Assembly (NCBI RefSeq): GCF_963921235.1
Contig: NC_086108.1
Span: forward strand, 95,544,001 to 95,608,000
DNA length: 64,000 nt
Origin: Mobula hypostoma
Taxonomy: Eukaryota
Reading direction: 5' to 3'
This document shows, piece by piece, positions 1 to 10,233 of the stretch. How positions within the stretch are numbered: the first letter of the stretch is position 1; every line of letters begins with the position of its first letter. Under the pieces are notes generated by a model that saw only the letters and a program-made list of their open reading frames with translations, was not told the origin of the DNA and made no database searches. A program made the translations under genes and the position numbers.

Positions 1-877
1 GAAACGTTAAAAAATTCATAAGATCTGTTTCACAAATTAGCCGTTCACCCATACAAGTTAGGAATAAAAATGACAAAAGATTTGTTCTTACAGTCGATTA
101 AAAATTTATATCAAAGCATTCCAGTAAAGTTACTTTCTGTGTTCTGATTTAATGACTCATTTGAGCAGTAGCTGGCTTTATAACACAGATGCAAGGCTTA
201 CTGAAGCCTTCACTAACACTTGCTTGAATTTACTTCCCTGGGACAGGAAAGCTGAAATAATGTGTCAGACTGAAGTAATATCAAGGATAGGAAATGCAAT
301 GCTGAGGATGCTGTGAAGATAGCCTGCAGCATATTTTGAGCTGCGAATGTCTACTGGGAACATCTCCACCCAAGAAGTTCCTCTGACCTGGCAGGCCAAA
401 GAGAAGCATGGTACAGCCTGGAGTGAGATCTTTACAATTCCGTAATTCAAGTTGAAAATATTCCAACTGTTCGAAAGCTTCAAAACTGATAAAACTTATT
501 ATTCTGGCACAGCATTAAACCACCAGTGATTTATTTAAAATGCAGGATTCATGTCAAAGGCTACATGTAGTACTTGGCCCATACACAGAATTTTGGTTGC
601 AATTAGAAAGTAAATGATTTTGTTCTATAACTAAAGTGTTAACAGTGATCAAAGACTGCAATTATTTCTACCAATATAAAGACATTAGCAAAATATCACG
701 AGAATGCCGGATAATGCTGTCCACGCTCTTTCAACATTAAAATGTGGATAAGAATGGAACTGCACATAAGTGCCAAGTGCTCAAGGATCTCGAATCAACT
801 GGGTGTATGATTTATGGGTTACAAGTTAATTATTGCTATCATAAGAAATACTTATTATTATAATAAAGATATTTGCA

Positions 878-1210
878 TAGGTCCATCATTAAGGATCCCC
901 ACCACCCAGAACATATTTTGTTATCATCAGGAAGGAGGTACAGAAGCCTGAAGGCACACACCCAATGATTCAGGAAGAGCTTCTTCCCCTCTGCCACCTG
1001 ATTTCTAAATGGACATTGAATCCATGAACACTACCTCACTACTTTTGTAACTTTGCACTACCTATTTTAACTTAACTATTTATTAGACATATATATATTT
1101 AATGTAACTCATTTTTTCTCTATATTTATCATGTACTTCATTGTACTGCTGCCGCTAGGATAACAGATTTCATGACATATGTCAGTGATATTAAATCTGA
1201 TTCTGATTTT
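878..1210 (+). mobile_element. Degraded 3' fragment of a Rex1/Babar-like LINE
   Basis: SIIKDPHHP / PSGRRYRSL-like remnant followed by a 3'UTR ending in (tctgat)n. Confidence 0.6.
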
Positions 1211-1267
1211 GTTCTCCCTTATAAATTGTATTATCTATAACCTGACCATACCTCACTGTTCCTCATA

Positions 1268-1482
1268 ATTTCACACTCAAAATGCTGGAGGAACTCAACA
1301 GGCCAGGAAGCAGCTATGGAGAGGAATAAACGATTAACATTTTGGACCAAGGCCCTTTATGAGGATTTAGCCAGAAGGATCTTGGTCCAAAATGTTGATT
1401 CTACAGATGCTGCCTGACTTGCAGAGCTCCTTCAGACTTTGGTGTTTGCTACCCTGGAAATCAGCATTTACAGAATCTCTAG
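1268..1482. mobile_element. Old fold-back Penelope pLTR mini-element
   Basis: aatgctggaggaactca... arm, inverted arm and ...cagaatctct tail; 11-bp direct repeat tgttcctcata at 1257-1267 and 1483-1493. Confidence 0.7.
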
Positions 1483-1859
1483 TGTTCCTCATAGCTTATA
1501 TTCTTTTCATTTGGGGCTTCATGAATCTCTCTGTAGCACCTCAAATTCTCAACTATTTTTGTTATTCTCCAAACAAAGCACTACACTTTACGTTAAACTG
1601 GTGAAATCACACAATATCAGTAAAATGCACAAACTGGACTGATTTTGCCAGAGTGCAGTTTCTCCCAGTTCTCACCATTACTTAAAACTTTATATTGTAA
1701 CTTCAGCATTAAATTGCCAAAATTAAAAGACACTGTGTTTAGGCCGTGGACTGATTTAAATTGGTATCTAGATTAATAAATAATTAATATGCAAATCCAG
1801 CAAATAACAGGCAAAGAGAAAGATAGCATTTATATGAGAAAATGAAACATGGATAAAGC

Positions 1860-3140
1860 GACCAGCAAGTCGAGCATCGGACTGCAATTACTACAAAGGA
1901 CTGTGAGAACAGCTGAGAGGATCATAGGGGTCTCCCTACCATCCATCAGGGACACTTATCAGGAGCGCTGCATATGCAGGGCCCTTGGTATTATTAAGGA
2001 TGCCACCCGTCCATCCAGCATCCTCTTTGACTTTCTACCATCAGGCAGGAGACTACAATGCATAAAAACAAGAATGGTCAGGATGAGAGATAGTTTCTTC
2101 CCTCAAGCCATTAGACTGGTGAACTCCCTGCCAGATCATATTCAAAGTGTCACTGGTTAATCTATTCCATACCTTACAATGTGTGGGCACGTGGCCAAGT
2201 GGTTAAGGCATTGGACTAGCGACCTGAAGGTCGTGAGTTCGAGCCCCAGCTGAGGGAACGTGTTGTGTCCTTGAGCAAGGCACTTAATCACACATTGCTC
2301 TGCGACGACACTGGTGCCAAGCTTGTGCACAGCTCTCCGGTGAAAAATGATATCATATCTGTTAAATAGGGGCCATGGACAATTCTGACTTGATGGAGAA
2401 TGGACGTGAAAGCACAGAGGGACATCTGGAGAAATTTCTGAAACTCCCATTCGCTGCTGTCGCTACTGTGTGATCGGGAAGCTTTCGGAGGGTAGGCCTC
2501 AAAATCCCCGGCCTTGCCTGCTTTTGGCGACCGAGAAGGAGGTCGAATCGTTCAGACAGAGATGGCGCTCAGTACTCGGTGTCGGAGAGCTGATCAGAGC
2601 TCGAAGTTTTCGGATGACTCAGAGTCGGATTGTGGTCGGCATGACAGGGACAGTTTTTCTTCCTTCTCCCGTCTGCGTGAGATGTGGGACATTTGAGAAA
2701 CTTTGAACTTTACTGTGCTCACAGACTTCTTCATCAAGTTATGGTATTATTACACTGTTTGTAACTATATGTTATAATTATGTGGTTTTGTCAGTTTTTT
2801 CAGTCTTGCTTTGTCCTTTGTTTTGTGATATCACACCGGAGGAAATAATGTATCATTTCTTAATGCATGCATTACTAAATGACAATAAAAGAGGACTACG
2901 TGTCTTTATAATCATAAGCTGTATGGGTCCTAATGCCCTTCCCTTGGACAACATTGGTGTCGTGGAGAGGGGAGACTTGCAGCATGGGCAACTGCTGGTC
3001 TTTCATACAACCCTGCCCAGGCCTGCGCCCTGGAGACTGCTCCCGTACTAAATGTTGTCTCGTTTCTATATGCATTTAATGGTTATTAACATTATATACA
3101 TGTATGTAGTTAAATGACAATAAACTTGACTTGACTTAAA
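1860..3140 (+). mobile_element. Nested repeats: Rex1-like LINE 3' end, containing a tRNA-derived SINE (2183-~3050), itself interrupted by a LINE-3'UTR-like insert (2324-2915)
   Basis: ORF 1849..2160 (LQRTVRTAERIIG..LPSGRRL..SFFPQAIRL) is a Rex1 C-terminus; A/B-box head gtggccaagtgg...gagttcgagccc; aagct TSD at 2319-2323 and 2916-2920; (cttga)n tail at about 3125. Confidence 0.7.
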
Positions 3141-3300
3141 CCCAGAATTTATTGGCTATCATGCACATTGATAATAATATGCATAATTTCTGATGGAGTG
3201 CTATGCTAACAAGATAATTTTATTTCAATTTTATTCCTCAAATTAATTCCTCAACAAGGATGATTTTATACTCAGTCTCGTATCCACGAGATCACAATTT

Positions 3301-3593
3301 GGGTGGCACGGTAGTGTAGTGGTTAGCACAATGCTTCACAGTACCAGTGACCCAGGTTCAATTCCCGTCGCTGCCTGTAAGGAGCCTGGACATTCTCCCT
3401 GTGACCATGTGGGTTTCCTCCGGGTGCTCCAGTTTTCTTCCGCAGTCCAAAGACGTACTGGATGATTGGTTAAATGGTCATTGTAAATTGTCCTATGGTT
3501 AGGCTAGGATTAAATCAGGGGATTGCTGGGCGGACTGGCTCAAAGGTCCAAAAGGGAACAGATTCCATGTTGTATCTCAATAACTAAATAAAT
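3301..3593 (+). mobile_element. tRNA-derived SINE (HE1/V-SINE-like)
   Basis: A box tagtgtagtgg, B box ggttcaattcc, central gggtttcctccgggtgctcc...cagtccaaagac domain, CR1-like tail. Confidence 0.75.
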
Positions 3594-3993
3594 ACATTTC
3601 CTGTGATAGACTGCAAAAGTTAAAATAACTGGAACATTATTCAGTGTGTAGAGGTCAGTATACATATGTAACAGTTAACAAATTCTTGAAATTTTTATGA
3701 CCTTTTTTTAAAAAGGAACATTATAGTTATGGAATAAATGTAGAGTATCAGAATCTGATTAAATAATTAATAATTAAATTATCACAACAACTCTACTAAA
3801 ATTTTGACAGCAGAGTGGTTTAAAGACAATGCCATGAGAATGATTATAGAATTAAAGAAATAGAGGATAGGGGCTAGACAACAAGAATAATAACGGTTGA
3901 GGTCTTCATTGGAAACAACATGCAAAACAATGAACATACATCAAAGTTGCTGGTGAACGCAGCAGGCCAAGCAGCATCTATAGGAAGAGGCGC

Positions 3994-4029
3994 AGTCGAC
4001 GTTTCAGGCCGAGACCCTTCGTCAGGACT
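3994..4029 (-). ncRNA. Minimal type I hammerhead ribozyme motif in Penelope pLTR (core intact)
   Basis: Minus strand reads AGUC-CUGACGA-AGG(gucucgg)CCU-GAAA-CG-UC-GACU: stem I, core, stem II, palindromic ACGU stem III, GUC triplet. Confidence 0.75.
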
Positions 4030-5032
4030 AACTGAAGGAAGAGTGAGTAAGGGATTTGAAAGCTGGAGGGGGAGGGGGAGATGCAAAATGATAGGAGAAG
4101 ACAGGAGGGGGAGGGATAGAGCCGAGAGCTGGACAGGTGATAGGCAAAAGGGGATACGAGAGGATCATGGGACAGGAGGCCTAGGGAGAAAGACGGGGGG
4201 GGGGGTGACCCAGAGGATGGGCAAGAGGTATATTCAGAGGGACAGAGGGAGAAAAAGGAGAGTGAGAGAAAGAATGTGTGCATAAAAATGAGTAACAGCT
4301 GGGGTACGAGGGGGAGGTGGGGCCTAGCGGAAGTTAGAGAAGTCAATGTTCATGCCATCAGGTTGGAGGCTACCCAGACGGAATATAAGGTGTTGTTCCT
4401 CCAACCTGAGTGTGGCTTCATCTTTACAGTAGAGGAGGCCGTGGATAGACATGTCAGAATGGGAATGGGATGTGGAATTAAAATGTGTGGCCACTGGGAG
4501 ATCCTGCTTTCTCTGGCGGACAGAGCGTAGATGGAACATCTGTCCGCCAGAGAAAGCAGGATCTCCCAGTGGCCACACATTTTAATTCCACATCCCATTC
4601 CCATTCTGACATGTCTATCCACGGCCTCCTCTACTGTAAAGATGAAGCCACACTCAGGTTGGAGGAACAACACCTTATATTCCGTCTGGGTAGCCTCCAA
4701 CCTGATGGCATGAACATTGACTTCTCTAACTTCCGCTAGGCCCCACCTCCCCCTCGTACCCCAGCTGTTACTCATTTTTATGCACACATTCTTTCTCTCA
4801 CTCTCCTTTTTCTCCCTCTGTCCCTCTGAATATACCTCTTGCCCATCCTCTGGGTCACCCCGCCCCCGTCTTTCTCCCTAGGCCTCCTGTCCCATGATCC
4901 TCTCGTATCCCCTTTTGCCTATCACCTGTCCAGCTCTCGGCTCTATCCCTCCCCCTCCTGTCTTCTCCTATCATTTTGCATCTCCCCCTCCCCCTCCAGC
5001 TTTCAAATCCCTTACTCACTCTTCCTTCAGTT

Positions 5033-5068
5033 AGTCCTGGCGAAGGGTCTCGGCCTGAAACGTCGACT
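5033..5068 (+). ncRNA. Hammerhead motif of the right arm, core mutated (CUGA to CUGG)
   Basis: agtc-ctggcga-agggtctcggcct-gaaa-cgtc-gact. Confidence 0.65.
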
Positions 5069-5477
5069 GCGCCTCTTCCTATAGATGCTGCTTGGCCTGC
5101 TGCGTTCACCAGCAACTTTGATGTATGTTGCTTGAATTTCCAGCATCTGCAGAATTCCTGTTGTTTGCAAAACAATGACCTTGTTACCCAAATGCATTAA
5201 TTCATGATGAAGCAAAACACTGAAAGGAAATTTTTCCAATCTCCCTTAAATCATACATTAAAATATATATAATGCTTAAATGCTGCACTGGAAGGAATCT
5301 CAGTTTGTTCAATTCAAAATTTAAAAAAGATCAAACATTCATTTTAGGAACTTATTCCAGTTTAACTCAGCTTTTCCCTAACTGGATTTGGATATATTTA
5401 AATACATACAAGTTACTTTACTTAATCATAAATAAAACAGTAATATAAATTTTAACATTTTGTAAGCTATTCAATTC

Positions 5478-5567
5478 ACTCTATATTATGCATCTACAGC
5501 ACAAGGACCCAAAACTGTAGCAACTCTATATTACGCATCTACAGCACAAGGACCCAAAACTGTAGCA
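5478..5567. repeat. Tandem duplication, 45 bp x2
   Basis: actctatattaYgcatctacagcacaaggacccaaaactgtagca at 5478 and 5523. Confidence 0.9.
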
Positions 5568-6022
5568 TAGAGAGAAAAATGATTACAGTGTAGCTTTCCA
5601 TGATATCTTCAATTCAGAACAAGACAGCGGTGTTTACTAAAATAAGCAGGTACTATAAACGTCAGCTGAGGACATGGGTGAACCTGGATGAAAAGATCTT
5701 GAATCAACCAACCTGATGATGTGCGATGTAAAACAACATACAAATACGTTATAAGACTAATCCTGTAAAGGCGGCCCATCAGCTGGAATTAAAATGAGTA
5801 AATCCAATGCAACAAGAGTGGACAACATCTAGAGTTTCAGATTATGAAAGATATGAGTGTTATGAAATTTTATACAGTAAAGTGTGTACTTTGTACATTT
5901 TCAGTGTATTATTTCATATGATGAAAGCAAACTCCACTGCAGACTATTTTCATAACTGTAAAGAAATTGATAAATGTAAAGTCTTCATACTTTTAAACTT
6001 CTTTATGTAACTACTAATCATT

Positions 6023-6400
6023 TAGAACATAGAAAGCCTACAGCACAATACAGGCCCTTTGGCCCAATACAGATATTATTAGGGTTACCCATAGCCCTCT
6101 ATTTTTCTAAGCTCCATGTACCTATCCAGGAGTCTCTTAAAAGACCCTATGGTACCCGCCTCCACCACCGTTGCCGGCAGCCCATTCCACGCATTCACCA
6201 TTCTCTGTGTAAAAAACTTACCCCTGATATCTCCTCTGTATCTACTCCCAAGCACCTTAAACGTGCACTCTTGTGGCAGCCGTTTTAGCCCTGGGAAAAA
6301 GCCTCTGACAATCTACACGACCAATGCCTCTCATCATCTTATACACCTCTATCAGGCCACCTCTCATCCTCCGTTGTTCCAAGGAGAAAAGGCCGAGTTC
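6023..6400 (-). mobile_element. Older CR1 LINE 3' fragment
   Basis: agaacatagaa tail, caggcccttYggccca 3'UTR hairpin and reverse-complemented ORF2 C-terminus (cattccacgcattcacca). Confidence 0.7.
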
Positions 6401-6477
6401 AATTTATCCAATATAAACTCTTCTCAAGGACATTTTATATTAAGTTTTGAACAAAAGTAACATTGTGAAACACTTAC

Positions 6478-6546
6478 ACTGAAAGCAGCACAACTGCAAT
6501 CAAGGTCCACTCTGGAGTTCTGTGAATAATATTTTTGTTGGTCAGT
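6478..6546 (-). CDS. RPAP2: RPAP2 coding exon (69 bp), LTNKNIIHRTPEWTLIAVVLLS(V)
   Basis: ttttccag acceptor and gtaagt donor; LTN.NIIH...EWTLIA.VLLS motif; phase 2/2; next exon not found in the window. Confidence 0.92.
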
Positions 6547-6878
6547 CTGGAAAACACAGAAAATAATCAGCTAAAAGAGCGACTTCTTTAACCTTCCTTT
6601 GTTCAATTAATAATAAAAATGATCTTATTTCTTAAAGAGCTCAAGTGCATACATAAAGACATGGTTTTGGTCAGATACCACAGCTCCCAGGCTATATACT
6701 TGAGCTCCAGTATCTGAGGCCAAATGCAAACTGGAGGAACAGCACCTCATATTCCTCCTGGGCAGGCTACACGCAAACAGCATGAATACAGAGTTCTTTA
6801 ATTTCAGGTAACCTACACCTGCTCACAGAATCATAGAGTTATATAGCTCTGGAAACAAGCCTTTCAATCCTAACATTT

Positions 6879-7634
6879 CATAGAAACATAGAAAATAGGT
6901 GCAGGAGTAGGCCATTTGGCCCTTCGAGCCTGCACCGCCATTTATTATGATCATGGCTGATCATCAAACTCAGAACCCAGCCTTCCCTCCATACCCCCTG
7001 ACCCCTGTAGCCACAAGGGCCATATCTAACTTCCTTTTAAACATAGCTAATGAACTGGCCTCAACAGTTTGCTGTGGCAGAGAATTCCACAGATTCACCA
7101 CTCTCTGTGTGAAGAAGTTTTTCCTAATCTCGGTCCTAAAAGGCTTCCCCTCTATCCTCAAACTGTGACCCCTCGTTCTGGACCTCCCCAACATCGGGAA
7201 CAATCTTCCCGCATCTAGCCTGTCCAATCCCTTTAGGATCTTATACGTTTCAATCAGATCCCCCCTCAATCTTCTAAATTCCAACGAGTACAAGCCCAGT
7301 TCATCCAGTCTTTCTTCATATGAAAGACCTGCCATCCCAGGAATCAATCTGGTGAACCTTCTTTGTACTCCCTCTATGGCAAAGATGTCTTTCCTCAGAT
7401 TAGGGGACCAAAACTGCACACAATACTCCAGGTATGGTCTCACCAAGGCCTTGTACAACTGCAGTAGTACCTCCCTGCTCCTGTACTCGAATCCTCTCGC
7501 TATAAATGCCAGCATACCGTTCGCCTTTTTCACCGCCTGCTGTACCTGCATGCCCACTTTCAATGACTGGTGTATAATGACACCCAGGTCTCGTTGCACC
7601 TCCCCTTTTCCTAATCGGCCACCATTCAGATAAT
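6879..7634 (-). mobile_element. Young 5'-truncated CR1 LINE (same family as 9906-15312), inserted in an older CR1 remnant extending to about 8760
   Basis: ORF 6970..7650 is nearly identical to the ORF2 C-terminus; (catagaaa)n tail. Confidence 0.92.
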
Positions 7635-7708
7635 ATAATTTCCATGCCAAACAAGTTATGTAACTGAGCCAGTCTCATTTGCTTGCTGTGGCCCATATTC
7701 CCCTAAAC

Positions 7709-7788
7709 CAGGGGTTCCCAACCTTCTTTATGCCATGGACCCCTGCCACTAACCGACGGGTCCATGGACCCAAGGTTGGGAAACCCTG
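7709..7788. mobile_element. 80-bp hAT/Charlie-like MITE
   Basis: TIRs caggggttcccaacc / ggttgggaaaccctg; degenerate 8-bp TSD ccctaaac/ctttaaat; related copy at 39216-39293. Confidence 0.75.
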
Positions 7789-9964
7789 CTTTAAATGTTT
7801 CCTATCCACGTACCTATTCACACTTTAAAATGTCTAACTGTACTTGCTTCTACAGCTTTCTCTGGCAGCTTGCTGAGTGAAAAAGTTGTCCTGCAGGTCC
7901 CTTTTAAATCTTTTCCCTCTCACTTTAAACCCATGCTCTCCAGTTTTGGACTCTCCTGCCATGGGGAAAAGACTGTGGCTATTCTCTTATCTAGGCTCCT
8001 CATGATTTTATAAACCTCTATAAAATCACTCCACAATCTTCTCAGCTTGATGGAAAAGAGTCTTGTCATATCCAGCCTCTCCTTATACTCAAACCCTCCA
8101 GTCCCAGTAATATCTTCATAAATCTTTATTTCTTTTCAGTTTAATGCCATCCTTCTGGTTGCAGAGAGATCAGAACTATATGCAGTATTCCAAATGCGGA
8201 CTTACCAAAGGCTTGTACAGCTGTGATGTGATGTCCCAACTCCAGCGCTCTACAGTATACCCTAACTGCTGAAGGCAAGCATGCCAAGTACCTTCTTCAC
8301 CACTCTCTCTGCCTTGAAGTCACCAATTCAAGGAACTATATCTAGTATCTGCTCACCTAGATCTCTCGACAACACTTCCAAGGGACCCAACCATTTACTG
8401 TGCAAGCCTGGCCCTAGTTTGTGTTAACAAAATGCAATTCTTTGTATATTTCTGAGATAAGCTCCATCTGCCATTCCTCAGCCCACTGGCCCAGATGACC
8501 AAGATCCCTTGCGAATCTCAGATAACCTTCTTACAGTCCATTATACCACAAACTTACTAAATTTGGTACCTACATTAGCATTTTAATCGTTAATATAACT
8601 GATGAACAAAAGTGGACACATCATTGATTCCTCTGATAAACCACTGGTCTTGTTCCTCCAAGCAACTCTCTACCACCACCCTCCTCCTCCTACCTTCAAG
8701 CCAATTGGTTAGCTTGCCCTGGATCCTGCGTTATCTAACCTTCCAGATTAGCCCACCATTATCTCTCCTCCTGATCCACCCAGGAGGATCCCTACTTTCC
8801 AAATATCAATAAAGAAATAAGTCAGAAAATAATACTATACTTCCCTATCATTACAAAATAATTACAAAAACCTAAAGAGTGGAACAGAACGAGAACAAAC
8901 ATTTATTTCAACTGTTGAAATACATTGGCATTTTATTCTTCAAGATCTAAACATCACTGTGGTAATAATCAATACAGCAAAATATATTTAGTATTCAAAT
9001 TCAATTAAAGCATAAACATGTGAAGAAGCCTTTTGTACACAAGCTGCATTCCTGTTACAATTCTTTGCACGGCAAAATGCAATATAGGGGTTGTCTAGGT
9101 CATGGAAGACTTGGTTTACAAAAATCCAATTCCCTCAGACTCTGCTCTCTGGTATAGTACTCAAATACATTCAACAAAAAGCAATACAGATATCAGCCAT
9201 AGACAAAAATCAACGCCTTCTCCAAACTCTCATTCAGAAAATATCAAAAGTTACAAACTCCGAGCTACTCCTCAGCAGCACACACTTAAATTTCATTAAA
9301 CTACCTATAGTTTTCTCACTTTTAGCAGGTATCACTTCACCCAGACTGCATTTAGATGAAACACATCCTCACCAGTGCTTTATAGGTCTCAACATCACAT
9401 CCTTGCTTTTATATGCTAGTCCTCTTGAAATGAATGCTAACTTCATCCAGAGAGTGGTGAATCTGTGGAATTTTTTGCCACAGGCAGCTGTGGAGGCCAA
9501 ATCTTTATGTACAATGTATATTTAAGGCAGATGTTGATAGATTCTTGATTGGTCAGAGCATGAATGGATATGGGGAGAAGGCAGGAGATGGGGCCAAGAG
9601 GAAAATTCGATTGGCCATGATTAAATGGTGGAGTAGATTTGATGGGTCAAATGGCCTAATTCTGCTCCTATATCTTGTAGATATATCAATGTAGATGTGA
9701 CAAATAAAGCTAATCTTTATAACATGCATCTAGCCCTAGCAATGATTTAACAAATAAATTTCTCTACTTTTGAGATTTTTTTGGACTAATTTTTAAATGA
9801 ATACTCTAAAATAAATGAGTAGCTTATCAGCTATCAAACAAAATGATTGACATATTCATCTTGACAGCCCATTCAATAGCAACATCCTGGCTAAACAACA
9901 TCCTGACATAGGTAGGAAAAGGGATGAGGTCCTGAAAGAAGAATATAGGGAGCTAGGAAGGGAG

Positions 9965-10228
9965 TTGAGAAAAAGGACCGCAAAGGTAGTAATCTCGGGA
10001 TTACTGCCTGTGCCACGCGACAGTGAGAGTAGGAATGCGATGAGGTGGAGGATAAATGCGTGGCTGAGGGATTGGAGCAGGGGGCAGGGATTCAAGTTTT
10101 TGGATCATTGGGACCTCTTTTGGCGTAGGTGTGACCTGTACAAAAAGGACGGGTTACACTTAAATCCTAGGGGGACCAATATCCTGGCAGGGAGATTAGC
10201 GGGGGCTACTGAGGTGACTTTAAACTAG
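9965..10228 (+). CDS. CR1 ORF1 C-terminal part (SGNH/GDSL esterase-like domain)
   Basis: KVVISGLLPVPR...FLDHWDLFW...DGLHLNPRGTNILAGR; ends ACT TTA AAC TAG. Confidence 0.85.
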   Translation: MRKRTAKVVISGLLPVPRDSESRNAMRWRINAWLRDWSRGQGFKFLDHWDLFWRRCDLYKKDGLHLNPRGTNILAGRLAGATEVTLN

Positions 10229-10233
10229 AATGG

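Larger units (their letters stand above)
3934..5165. mobile_element. Young fold-back Penelope-like element: two ~590-bp inverted arms (GIY-YIG C-terminus plus pLTR) and a ~37-bp one-sided tail
   Basis: Arms 3934-4524 and 4539-5128 are near-perfect reverse complements; peptide DLPVATHFNS...EEQHLIFRLGSLQPDGMNIDF is a Penelope GIY-YIG tail; 13-bp TSD tgcaaaacaatga at 3921-3933 and 5166-5178. Confidence 0.92.

Noticed and set aside
2183..2260. tRNA gene (also 3301-3370)
   Set aside because: A/B boxes run into SINE bodies; no convincing cloverleaf or Pol III terminator.
3934..5165. Sequencing fold-back artefact
   Set aside because: Unique flanks resume after a 13-bp TSD, the arms differ, and the one-sided tail matches the other Penelope insertions. 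A read-level check is still advisable.
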